Source of the DNA: Sulfurimonadaceae bacterium
GTDB lineage: Bacteria; Campylobacterota; Campylobacteria; Campylobacterales; Sulfurimonadaceae
Direction of reading: 5' to 3'
Assembly: GCA_028683835.1 (NCBI GenBank)
Contig: JAQUHB010000001.1
Coordinates: 65,060 to 129,059, forward strand
Length of the DNA stretch: 64,000 nt
This document shows positions 44,099-53,636 of the stretch, piece after piece. The notes beneath the pieces are model-generated. The model had not been told where the DNA came from. It did not search any database and worked only from the letters and a program-made list of their open reading frames with translations. A program made the position numbers and the translations under genes. Each line of letters opens with the position of its first letter. The stretch's first letter is position 1.

Positions 44099-44839
44099 AT
44101 GGCCGAACTACTATTACTTGGCGGTTTTGTTGGATTTTTGTCAGGTTTTTTTGGCGTAGGCGGCGGAACTATTTTGGTTCCTTTACTACTATTTTTAAAT
44201 TATGATATGAAAACCGCGATTGGGATTTCTGTCTTACAGATGGTGTTTAGTTCCATATACGGAAGCTACTTAAATCTCAAAAAAGGCACTTTAGATTTAA
44301 AAATGGTCTCCATTATCGGCTCTGGCGGATTTATAGGAGCGCTTTTTAGTGGTTTTATAGTAGCTAATGTAGATGCAAAAATACTACAGATCATTTTTAT
44401 AAGCTTTTCTACCTTTGCCCTTTTGAGACTTTTTTTTCAAGTAAAAGAACATAAGGGTGAAAAACAAGCACAACCGATTATTCTGTTTATCATAGGTTTT
44501 TTCCTTGGAATGATTAGCATTTCGATTGGTGTGGGGGGATCTGTTTTACTTGTACCTATTTTAGTTGGATTCTTTCATGTAAGTCTAAAAAAAGCGACTT
44601 CAGCGGGGCTTTTCTTTGTTGTTTTCTCCTCTGTTTCGGGATTTATTTCACAAAGTCTTCATGGAATGATCGATTATCGTACGGGTTTGATTATAGGAAT
44701 TGCGTCGCTTGTGGGCGTATATTTTGGAGTGATGTTGAAACATTCAACTCATGAAACATTGCAACGAAAATTACTCGTCTTGTTTTATGTCGGGGTGGTC
44801 AGCTACTTGATCTATAAAACATTTTTTTTACAGGGATAA
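44099..44839 (+). CDS. TauE/SafE-family anion exporter (sulfite exporter family)
   Basis: It is a 246-aa polytopic membrane protein with duplicated GxGGG motifs ([25 protein letters not shown]). Confidence 0.8.
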   Translation: MAELLLLGGFVGFLSGFFGVGGGTILVPLLLFLNYDMKTAIGISVLQMVFSSIYGSYLNLKKGTLDLKMVSIIGSGGFIGALFSGFIVANVDAKILQIIFISFSTFALLRLFFQVKEHKGEKQAQPIILFIIGFFLGMISISIGVGGSVLLVPILVGFFHVSLKKATSAGLFFVVFSSVSGFISQSLHGMIDYRTGLIIGIASLVGVYFGVMLKHSTHETLQRKLLVLFYVGVVSYLIYKTFFLQG

Positions 44840-44842
44840 TGA

Positions 44843-47656
44843 ATGATAAAAATATATGGTGCACGTGAAAATAATTTAAAAAATATCTCTTTGGAAATAC
44901 CGAAAAATAAGCTTGTCGTATGTACTGGCTTAAGTGGAAGCGGAAAGTCCACACTTGCGTTTGATACATTGTATGCTGAGGGACAAAGACGCTACATCGA
45001 ATCACTCTCTTCGTATGCAAGACAGTTCTTAGACCGTATTGGAAAACCTGATGTAGACAAGATAGAAGGACTTACTCCAGCTATTGCCATAGATCAAAAA
45101 ACAACTTCTAAAAATCCTCGTTCAACAGTGGGAACGATTACTGAAATTTACGATTATCTTCGTCTTTTGTATGCTCGTGTGGGTGTGCAACACTGTCATC
45201 AATGCGGCAAAAAGATCACGCAGATGAGTGCTGAGGATATCATTAACGAAGTGTTAAAACTTCCAGATGGCGCAAAAGTAGTCATTTTATCTCCCATTGC
45301 AAGAGAGAAAAAAGGCTCATTTGGGGAGATTCTAGAATCTCTTGTACAAAAAGGGTATGTCAGAGCGATGATTGATGGTGTTATGGTCAGGCTTGATGAG
45401 GAGATAGAACTTTCTAAAACTAAAAAACATACCATTAAAGTCGTTATAGACCGTCTTGTAATTAGCGATGACAACAAAGAGCGTATTGCTCAGGATGTTG
45501 AAAAAGCACTCAAACAAAGTTATGGTGAAGTTGAAATAGATATCTTAAATCATGAAGAGTTAGAACTAAAAGATGCGAGTATCCATTACAGCGAGCACAA
45601 CGCATGTTTTGACTGTAAGATCAGTTTTGATGAGCTTGAACCTCTTTCTTTTTCCTTTAATTCACCAAAAGGCGCATGCCCGGAGTGTGATGGTTTAGGT
45701 GTTCGTTATGCGCTTGATAATGACAAGATTATTGACGGTGACCTTACTATTGAAACTGGAGCTGTTAAAATCGTATATGGCTTTAACAAGGGCTACTATT
45801 TTACTTTTCTCAAAGGGTTCTGCGTAGAAAACAAGATTGATATCAAAGTTCCATTTTCTGAGCTTGAAGAGTATCAGAAAAAAGCGATTTTACACGGTGG
45901 CATAGACGAGATAACCTTCCTTTGGAAAGGTCATCCGGTAAAGCGTGTTTGGCCGGGAATAGTAAAAATCGCCTACGATATGTTCAAAGATGATAAAGAA
46001 CTTGCTGATTATATGAGTGAAAAGGTTTGTAATGTCTGCCATTCACATCGACTTAAAGCTGAAAGTTTAGCTGTAAAAGTTTCAGATCACGGTATTGCGC
46101 AAATATTGGATATGCCTATCAACAAAAGCTACGAGTGGTTTAAAAGTGAGGATAATTTTTCTCATCTGAGTGATAAAAACAGGATGATCTCTGCACCTAT
46201 TTTAAATGAGATACGTGAGAGGTTATACTTTTTATTTGACGTTGGTCTTGGATATATCACACTTGGACGAGATGCCAGAACTATCAGTGGCGGGGAAGCA
46301 CAGCGCATCCGTATTGCTTCACAGATCGGAAGCGGTTTGACGGGTGTCATGTATGTGCTTGATGAGCCGAGCATCGGACTTCATGAGAGAGATACTTTAA
46401 AACTCATTCGTACACTTCGCTCTTTGCAAGAAAAGGGCAATAGCGTGATCGTAGTCGAACACGACAAAGAAACGATTGAAAATGCCGATTACATCGTAGA
46501 TATTGGGCCTGGTGCCGGAAAGTTTGGCGGTGAGGTCGTGTTTGCGGGAACATATGAAGAGCTGAAAAAGGCTGATACTTTGACGGCTGATTATATGACG
46601 GGACGCAAAGATATCAAATACTTTTACAGACGACCGCAAGAGAAGTTCATAGAGATAAAAAATGTGACCTTGAATAATATTAACGATCTCAGCGCAAAAA
46701 TCCCGCTCAATAACTTTACTTGTATCACCGGAGTAAGCGGAAGCGGGAAAAGTTCTTTGATCCTTCAGACGCTTTTACCGACAGCCAGAGAGATACTCAA
46801 TCATGCAAGAAAAGTAAAAAAAATCGCAGGTGTCGAGATAGAGGGACTTGAACATGTAGATAAAGTGATCTATCTAGATCAAAGTCCCATCGGTCGCACT
46901 CCAAGAAGTAATCCTGCAACTTATACGGGTGTTATGGATGAGATTCGTAATCTTTTTGCAAAGACAAAAGAGGCAAATATCCGCGGATATACAAGTTCAA
47001 GATTTAGCTTTAACGTCAAAGGCGGACGTTGTGAGAAGTGTCAGGGTGAGGGCGAGATCAAGATAGAGATGCATTTTTTACCCGACATTATGGTCAAATG
47101 TGATTCATGTAAAGGGACTCGTTATAACTTCCAAACACTCGAAGTTCTTTATAAAGGGAAAAGTATCTCTGATGTTTTAAATATGAGTGTCGCCGAAGCT
47201 TTAGAGTTTTTTGATCCGATTCCAAAAATCAAGATAAAAATGCAGACGCTTTTTGATGTTGGTCTTGGTTACATCACACTTGGACAAAATGCAACAACAC
47301 TTTCAGGCGGGGAAGCACAACGTATCAAGCTTTCTAAGGAACTTAGCCGCAAAGACACAGGAAAAACACTCTATATCCTTGATGAGCCAACAACGGGATT
47401 ACATTTTGATGATGTCAACCGCTTAACAAAAGTGCTTCATAATTTCGTAGAACTTGGAAACAGTGTTCTTGTCATCGAACATAATCTTGATATGATAAAA
47501 AATGCTGATTATGTCATAGATATGGGACCTGAGGGTGGAAGCGGCGGTGGAAATATCATCGCTATGGGAACTCCAGAAGAAGTATCACAAAGCTATAAAG
47601 AGAATGGAAGCTATACGGGTGAGTATCTTGCAAAAGAGCTTAGTAGGTACAAATGA
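44843..47656 (+). CDS. uvrA: excinuclease ABC subunit A
   Basis: It is 937 aa with two ABC modules ([27 protein letters not shown] twice) and zinc-finger Cys pairs. Confidence 0.97.
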   Translation: MIKIYGARENNLKNISLEIPKNKLVVCTGLSGSGKSTLAFDTLYAEGQRRYIESLSSYARQFLDRIGKPDVDKIEGLTPAIAIDQKTTSKNPRSTVGTITEIYDYLRLLYARVGVQHCHQCGKKITQMSAEDIINEVLKLPDGAKVVILSPIAREKKGSFGEILESLVQKGYVRAMIDGVMVRLDEEIELSKTKKHTIKVVIDRLVISDDNKERIAQDVEKALKQSYGEVEIDILNHEELELKDASIHYSEHNACFDCKISFDELEPLSFSFNSPKGACPECDGLGVRYALDNDKIIDGDLTIETGAVKIVYGFNKGYYFTFLKGFCVENKIDIKVPFSELEEYQKKAILHGGIDEITFLWKGHPVKRVWPGIVKIAYDMFKDDKELADYMSEKVCNVCHSHRLKAESLAVKVSDHGIAQILDMPINKSYEWFKSEDNFSHLSDKNRMISAPILNEIRERLYFLFDVGLGYITLGRDARTISGGEAQRIRIASQIGSGLTGVMYVLDEPSIGLHERDTLKLIRTLRSLQEKGNSVIVVEHDKETIENADYIVDIGPGAGKFGGEVVFAGTYEELKKADTLTADYMTGRKDIKYFYRRPQEKFIEIKNVTLNNINDLSAKIPLNNFTCITGVSGSGKSSLILQTLLPTAREILNHARKVKKIAGVEIEGLEHVDKVIYLDQSPIGRTPRSNPATYTGVMDEIRNLFAKTKEANIRGYTSSRFSFNVKGGRCEKCQGEGEIKIEMHFLPDIMVKCDSCKGTRYNFQTLEVLYKGKSISDVLNMSVAEALEFFDPIPKIKIKMQTLFDVGLGYITLGQNATTLSGGEAQRIKLSKELSRKDTGKTLYILDEPTTGLHFDDVNRLTKVLHNFVELGNSVLVIEHNLDMIKNADYVIDMGPEGGSGGGNIIAMGTPEEVSQSYKENGSYTGEYLAKELSRYK

Positions 47657-48945
47657 GAATATTTTTTTATTTTTTAATCGCTTTTTTCTTTATTGGATGT
47701 GCAAACACTGTTGAAGACGTAAAACCAGCAGAGCCACCGGTCACAGAAAAAGTGACCAAGGCTCCAGAGTTAAAACAAGTGCAAGTTGAGGAAAAAACAA
47801 AAGTTCAAGAACTCCAACCGCTAGCTATAGCAAAAGCTGAAATAACAAAAGTTGAAGCGGTAAAAATTCCAAATGTTAAGACTACGCACGCTCTGCGTGT
47901 TAAGAGTATGAAGATCAAATCAAGCCCGCTGAAATATGTTAGTAAGGATCTTTCAAAAACAGATGATATTATCTCTGAACTTCCGCAAAATTCTTCAAAC
48001 ATTAGTGAAGTTGTACAGTTTGACAATGAAAATTTTGATGAAGTTGTTGATATTTTTATCAACAACTGTAAGAGTGCGACAACACGAAAGATGTATGGTT
48101 CTCTTTGTGACAGTGCTTTACATGTAAGCGATAAAAAGGTATTTATTAAAAAGAATTTTAAACTCTATAAAATTGTAGATAATCAAAAAGACGAGGGTGT
48201 TTTAACTGGTTATTATGAGCCTGAACTTCACGGTTCTTTGACGAAGCATGATAAGTATATCTATCCAATTTATCAAAAACCTGTAAATATGGGTGTGGAA
48301 TCTGCTGTTTTGAATACTGAAACAAACAGTAGTACAATACAAAATAGTTCAAGAGCAGATTTTAATAATCTTAATAATCCTGCTTTATGTTATGTGGATA
48401 ATAAAATTGATGAGTTTTTTCTTGAAATACAAGGTTCAGGACGTGTAAATCTAGATACGAATAAAACGCTTTATGTAGGTTATAACGGTACAAATGGACA
48501 AAAATACACATCAATTGGAAAATATTTGATAGCGAAAGGATATATGAGTCAAGATCACATGTCATTACAAGATATTAAGGCGTGGGCACATAAAAATCCA
48601 GATAAAATAGATAGTGTGTTAAATCAAAATGCGAGAGTTGTCTTTTTTAAAAAAAGAGATAATACCAATGTTACGGGTTCTCTGGGTATACCTTTAACTC
48701 CCATGCGCTCGGTTGCAGTTGATAGTGCATATGTTCCGCTTGGAAGTATGCTTTTGATAGATGCACAAGATTATAAACATTCTATCAAAAATATTGTATT
48801 TGCACAAGATAGAGGTGCGGCTATTAAATCCGCAGTGCGAGCGGATCTTTTTACAGGTTATGGCAAAGAAGCACTTGCAATCGCAGGAAATCTCAAAGCA
48901 AAACTGAAAATGTGGATATTCTTGCCAAAAGTACAGATGCAATGA
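47653..48945 (+). CDS. mltA: membrane-bound lytic murein transglycosylase A (lipoprotein)
   Basis: It has a lipobox (FFIGCAN), an MltA domain (LTGYYEPELHGS, EIQGSGRV) and a 3D domain (DRGAAIKSAVRADLFTGYG). Its start overlaps the uvrA stop (ATGA). Confidence 0.85.
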   Translation: MRIFFYFLIAFFFIGCANTVEDVKPAEPPVTEKVTKAPELKQVQVEEKTKVQELQPLAIAKAEITKVEAVKIPNVKTTHALRVKSMKIKSSPLKYVSKDLSKTDDIISELPQNSSNISEVVQFDNENFDEVVDIFINNCKSATTRKMYGSLCDSALHVSDKKVFIKKNFKLYKIVDNQKDEGVLTGYYEPELHGSLTKHDKYIYPIYQKPVNMGVESAVLNTETNSSTIQNSSRADFNNLNNPALCYVDNKIDEFFLEIQGSGRVNLDTNKTLYVGYNGTNGQKYTSIGKYLIAKGYMSQDHMSLQDIKAWAHKNPDKIDSVLNQNARVVFFKKRDNTNVTGSLGIPLTPMRSVAVDSAYVPLGSMLLIDAQDYKHSIKNIVFAQDRGAAIKSAVRADLFTGYGKEALAIAGNLKAKLKMWIFLPKVQMQ

Positions 48946-49511
48946 AAAGATCACTGGAAAAGTTTAACCGTCTTGTAGAATCTCTTGAAGAGTTACCTAC
49001 AGTGGGAAAAAAATCAGCTATTCGTCTTGCGTACCATATGGTTATGAAGGATAGTTTTAATGCTATTAAACTTGCTCACGCCATAGAAAATGCGGTTGGA
49101 AGTTTGAAAAAATGTATCTCTTGCGGTGGGATGAGTGAAGATGAACTCTGCGCTATATGCAGCGATACTTCAAGAGATATAGAAGTTTTATGTATTGTTG
49201 AAAATGCAAAAGATATTTTGACTTTTGAAGAAAATGGGCTTTTTGACGGTAGATACTTTGTTCTTGATTCACTTGAACAGTTAGATATCTCACATCTTCA
49301 AGATATGGTTTCAAGTGGTGTAAGCGAGGTGATTTTTGCGCTCACGCCATCGATTCAAAATGACGCTGTTATTTTATACATCGAAGATAAACTCAGAGAT
49401 TATGATCTTCATTTTACAAAAATAGCGCAAGGTGTTCCAACAGGTGTGAGTCTTGAAAATATAGATATCCTTTCACTTACACGTGCCATGGAAGATAGAG
49501 TGCGGGTTTAG
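48942..49511 (+). CDS. recR: recombination protein RecR
   Basis: The N-terminus is LPTVGKKSAIRLAYH (HhH), followed by a C4 zinc finger (CISCGG...CAIC) and a Toprim region. I chose the start at 48942, which overlaps the mltA stop, over the track start at 48912. Confidence 0.9.
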   Translation: MKRSLEKFNRLVESLEELPTVGKKSAIRLAYHMVMKDSFNAIKLAHAIENAVGSLKKCISCGGMSEDELCAICSDTSRDIEVLCIVENAKDILTFEENGLFDGRYFVLDSLEQLDISHLQDMVSSGVSEVIFALTPSIQNDAVILYIEDKLRDYDLHFTKIAQGVPTGVSLENIDILSLTRAMEDRVRV

Positions 49512-49516
49512 AATAT

Positions 49517-49540
49517 CCTTGAGATCTCAAGGTTTATTTT
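49517..49540 (+). terminator. rho-independent terminator of recR
   Basis: A perfect 16-bp palindrome (CCTTGAGATCTCAAGG, 49517-49532) is followed by TTTATTTT. It abuts the stop of the convergent GGDEF-EAL gene. Confidence 0.7.
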
Positions 49541-51453
49541 TGAAGTAAAGCTATGAAATCCTCTTTTTTCATAGGTTTCGCAAAGTAATATCCTTGGATG
49601 ATATCGCATCCTTTCTCTTTTAAATATTCAAATTGATATTTCTTTTCAACACCCTCGGCGATCACTTTTAGTCCTAGAGATTTGCCCATCGCAAGAATAG
49701 TATTGAGGATGATCTCATCATTATTTTCATTTTCACAAATATCATCCACGAACGTTTTATCTATTTTGAGTGTGTCAATAGGAAAGCTTTTTAGATATGC
49801 CAACGAAGAATATCCCGTACCAAAATCATCAATATAGATCGATATTCCGAGATCTTTAATACTTTTGAGTGTTGCTATTGTTTTACCCACATGCTGCATC
49901 ATTATGCTTTCTGTTATTTCAATGCCTAGCTGTTTTGGATTGATTTCACTTTGTTGCATTGCATTTTTCAAATCTGTATAGAGATCCCCATTTTGAAACT
50001 GTCTGGTTGATACATTTATTGATATTTTAAGATTTTCAAAGCCAAGAAAGTTGAATTCTTTGATATCTTTTGTACTTTGTTGGATGACAAATTTACCAAG
50101 ACTAAGTATAAAACCTGTACTCTCGGCAAGTACTATAAAGATATTTGGTCCGATCATACCTTGTGTTTTGTGATTCCAACGAATAAGTGCTTCCGCACCG
50201 ATGATCATTTGTGTTTTTACATCAACCTTTGGCTGGTAGTAAAGTTCAAATTCATGGTCATAATATGCTCTTTGCATATCATTGATAAGATCTACTTCTT
50301 GATGGATCTTATTATTTAGCGATTGGGTGAAGAAACTAAAATTATCCCGTCCATCACTTTTTGCTTTGTACATAGCGATATCAGAATATTTCATAAGTTC
50401 TTTTATGTTTGTTGAATCATTAGGATAGATAGATATTCCCATACTTGCAGAGAGTCTAAGGGAATATCCTTTTATTAAGAGCTCATTTCTAAACTCTTGT
50501 AAGAGAATATTGATAATTGGAAGTATCTCGCTTGGATCTTCAAAGTTCGAGATGACTAGTATAAATTCATCGCCGCCTATTCTAGCGATAAGACTTTCTT
50601 TTGGTAAACTCGCCGTTAGTATATTTGCCACAGTTTTTAAAAGCGCATCACCTACATCGTGTCCGAGTGTGTCATTGATATTTTTAAAATGGTCAAGATC
50701 TAAAAATATAAGTGCAAATCTTTTATTATTTGTTTCAGAAAAATTTTTTATATTTTGAAGCTGTTCGTGGAGATTGATCCTATTTGGAAGACCGGTCAGC
50801 ATGTCATGCGAAGATGTATATTTTAATTCAGAATTAAGTTCATTGACTCTACTTTGAGTTGTGTTGAGATCTACACTGTGTTCTACCTGCAAGCGAATAA
50901 TATAACCCAAAACAAGAAGTTCGATGATAACAAAGACGGCATGTAAAACGACAATATCAAAGCCGCAACCATAGTTAAAGATCATGACAGGCATATCAAA
51001 AAGTGATACTTCATATAGTTGTAGATAGTTAAAGATAAGATGATGTAGAATCGTCACGGCTGCTGCAACGAGAAGAGGAACTATATCTTTATAGAGAGTT
51101 AGGATTGCCATGGCAATAAATATATAAAAATGCATCTCAATACGCCCTAAATATTGTTGTATATAAACAATGGAAAAAAGCATTAATGCAATGGCAATAA
51201 AAATCCTATAATATCTGTCCCCTTTGAGGTATTTATATAAAAAAAGCATCGGTAAAACGATTAATGCTCCGCTGAAAAAACCGTAAATGTATGTGTCATA
51301 TGCGATGGAAGTTATAAATGTAGCAATAAACCATTGAACTATAAGCAACCAAAGCATGACTTTATCCGCTTTTATATTAAAAAGATTAATACTCAACTCT
51401 GCATATTGCGGGATTGTAGGGCACTTGAAAAATGTTTTAAATGTATTATTCAT
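49534..51453 (-). CDS. polytopic membrane GGDEF-EAL protein
   Basis: It has roughly 7 N-terminal TM helices, a GGDEF motif (RIGGDEFILV) and EAL motifs (EALIRW, DDFGTGYSSL). Confidence 0.9.
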   Translation of the reverse strand: MNNTFKTFFKCPTIPQYAELSINLFNIKADKVMLWLLIVQWFIATFITSIAYDTYIYGFFSGALIVLPMLFLYKYLKGDRYYRIFIAIALMLFSIVYIQQYLGRIEMHFYIFIAMAILTLYKDIVPLLVAAAVTILHHLIFNYLQLYEVSLFDMPVMIFNYGCGFDIVVLHAVFVIIELLVLGYIIRLQVEHSVDLNTTQSRVNELNSELKYTSSHDMLTGLPNRINLHEQLQNIKNFSETNNKRFALIFLDLDHFKNINDTLGHDVGDALLKTVANILTASLPKESLIARIGGDEFILVISNFEDPSEILPIINILLQEFRNELLIKGYSLRLSASMGISIYPNDSTNIKELMKYSDIAMYKAKSDGRDNFSFFTQSLNNKIHQEVDLINDMQRAYYDHEFELYYQPKVDVKTQMIIGAEALIRWNHKTQGMIGPNIFIVLAESTGFILSLGKFVIQQSTKDIKEFNFLGFENLKISINVSTRQFQNGDLYTDLKNAMQQSEINPKQLGIEITESIMMQHVGKTIATLKSIKDLGISIYIDDFGTGYSSLAYLKSFPIDTLKIDKTFVDDICENENNDEIILNTILAMGKSLGLKVIAEGVEKKYQFEYLKEKGCDIIQGYYFAKPMKKEDFIALLQK

Positions 51454-52048
51454 GAGACACTTCTGCCTTTGTATTTTTACTTGATAACATTTGCATTATA
51501 TCCTCTGTTATCTTAGTTTTATTCAATGGATGTGTAGCATATATCTTTTTGAGTTTCAGATGCCCAGCTATATTTTCAAGAAGAAAAATGTTGTCAGTAT
51601 GATTGAGTTCTTCTTTATCTTCAAGACTTTTTGAAAAGAAGACTCCAAAGTTTCTGTCTATCTTAAATAGCTCTTTTTGGTTAAGATAAACACCTTTGAA
51701 ATCTTTATTAAAATATTTTGCAAAGAGTTTTGGAGCAGTTATTTCTAACTCTGGAGTCAGATTTATAAAATAGATATCTATTTTATCTCTGATATTATCG
51801 AATTCTTTTGATCCATATAAGTTTGCCAAGTTTTGTAATATAGGCATACAAACTTTTTCACATCCAACGTATCCAAAAAACACTAAGACGACATATTTAT
51901 CACTTTGAATATAGTTGGCTTGGATCTCTTTATCGACTGAAATAACACCCTTTGTTCTTGAACTAAAAAGGAGTGAACCTACTATGGGAACTAACAAAAA
52001 AAAAGCAAGCATCAAAATGCCTAATAGAGCTTTATATTTACTTTTCAA
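51446..52048 (-). CDS. SCO1/SenC-family thioredoxin-fold protein (membrane anchored)
   Basis: It has an N-terminal TM helix, a CxxxC motif in Sco context (FFGYVGCEKVCMPIL) and a downstream conserved His (NHTDNIFLL). Its stop overlaps the GGDEF-EAL start by 8 nt. Confidence 0.7.
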   Translation of the reverse strand: MKSKYKALLGILMLAFFLLVPIVGSLLFSSRTKGVISVDKEIQANYIQSDKYVVLVFFGYVGCEKVCMPILQNLANLYGSKEFDNIRDKIDIYFINLTPELEITAPKLFAKYFNKDFKGVYLNQKELFKIDRNFGVFFSKSLEDKEELNHTDNIFLLENIAGHLKLKKIYATHPLNKTKITEDIMQMLSSKNTKAEVSHE

Positions 52049-52713
52049 ATTGGATGATTCCGATTATCACTGAGGAATTATTATATTTAATATCTTCGGT
52101 ATAAAGGATTTCTTTTACATGTAGGACAGATTTACGTGATGTCACCATCTTATGTTCAAAAATAAGTGGCTCATGCGAAAGTTTGACCTCTTGTAATTTT
52201 TTCAAAAAAATAGATATCCCGCGTTTGGGGTGAAAACTGTTTGATAAGATCAATATTTGGCTCAATATCTTGTATTTCATAGACACCAGTATAATGTTTT
52301 TTGTCTAAAATAGTATTCATATTGAGATTATTAATACCAGAAAAGAATACAGGAATATCTTCCTTTTCTAAGAAGATTTGATTGTAGTTTTCATATACAA
52401 AAGTTAAAGCATCATCATTTGTAACATATATTAGATCAGGCGAGGCATTTGTATATTTCATATGAAGATAGTTTAAAAAATTATTTTTATATTCTTGAGT
52501 TAATTTGACTCGTTTTGTATCAAGATATTCTGTATAAAAAGTGAAATTTTTATCGCTTTTATTAAGTGTCGAGACAAAAGAGTTGTGTTGCTTCTTGGTC
52601 CATTCATATTCTTGTGAATATGAATGGAGGATAAAAACATTAACTTTTTCTGTCGCAAATACAGAAAAAACTAAGATCAAAAGAAGAGTAACAATTTTTA
52701 TAAAAAGCTCCAA
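52038..52713 (-). pseudogene. periplasmic substrate-binding-like protein, apparently split by a +1 frameshift at a T7 (plus-strand A7) run
   Basis: The 180-aa ORF (52171-52713) has a signal peptide and resembles the ABC_sub_bind type. It stops 31 nt after the homopolymer at 52204-52210. Removing one T joins it in frame to the 82-aa ORF frame, which then runs to 52038 and overlaps the Sco start. Confidence 0.45.
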
Positions 52714-52823
52714 AAAACTATGATATTCAAAGAATATATTTTATATTTTTCTTACTTAAAAGATGAAGGATAACTTCTTTTCGCTTGTGAATGATAAGCT
52801 AGCTAAAAAAGTATATTAGCCGA

Positions 52824-53636
52824 CTAGAGGAGAAAGCTTTTTTGCATGAAATCAGCAGTTGTTTTTAGATCAAACTGTTTCTCACAAAAAAGATGGTTAG
52901 CAAGAACACCTTGATATAAAAGCATATCGGCTCCATCTTTATAGTTGAGTTCTTTTTGTTTTGCCAAGAGTAAAAATGGTGTCAATTTGCCATAGATTGC
53001 ATCTGCAACATATGTAGTGTGAGAGAGAATTTCTTCTATCATGGTTTTTGGAGCAGGGTAGAGATCGTCTTTTAAACCTGCACTTGTCGTATTTACAACT
53101 AAATCATAACTCTTGCATACAAAGCTTTTCCAAGTGTCACACATAAGAGGAACTTCGCATGAAAGATCTAAATCCTTAAAATAGTTGAGTCTTTCTTCAC
53201 TTCTGTTTAAAACATTCACTTGGTAGCCATCTTGAAGAAATCGGTTTGCGAGTGCTTTTGCCGTTCCTCCAGCACCGAGAATAAGAACAGTTTTGAGTGT
53301 TCCAAAAGGCTTGATCGCTTCCATAAAGCCATCTGCATCGGTATTATAACCGATGAGTTTGCCATCTTCTAAGATGATGGTATTGACAACTCCGATAGTT
53401 GTCGCAAAACCTCTTACTTCATCACAGGCTTCATATGCTGCTTCTTTATGAGGAACGGTAATATTTGCGCCGCTAAGACCAAGAGAAAAGAAAGTATCTC
53501 GGAGTTTGGAGCCATCAGTGAGATGAACCCTTGTGTAGCATGCGTCTACATGCAGGGCTTGAAAAAGATAGTTGTGCATCAAAGGAGAACGTGAGTGTGA
53601 AACAGGATCTCCAAAAATAGCAAAGAGTTTTGGCAT
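52824..53636 (-). CDS. aroE: shikimate dehydrogenase
   Basis: Motifs are present (GDPVSHSRSPLMHN, GANITVPHKE, GAGGTAKA). Confidence 0.92.
   Translation of the reverse strand: MPKLFAIFGDPVSHSRSPLMHNYLFQALHVDACYTRVHLTDGSKLRDTFFSLGLSGANITVPHKEAAYEACDEVRGFATTIGVVNTIILEDGKLIGYNTDADGFMEAIKPFGTLKTVLILGAGGTAKALANRFLQDGYQVNVLNRSEERLNYFKDLDLSCEVPLMCDTWKSFVCKSYDLVVNTTSAGLKDDLYPAPKTMIEEILSHTTYVADAIYGKLTPFLLLAKQKELNYKDGADMLLYQGVLANHLFCEKQFDLKTTADFMQKSFLL

Noticed and set aside
52038-52286. The 82-aa ORF as an independent gene.
   Set aside because: Its first ~25 codons overlap the 3' end of the 180-aa ORF in another frame, and it has no Shine-Dalgarno. It is better explained as the displaced C-terminal part of the upstream gene after a homopolymer frameshift.
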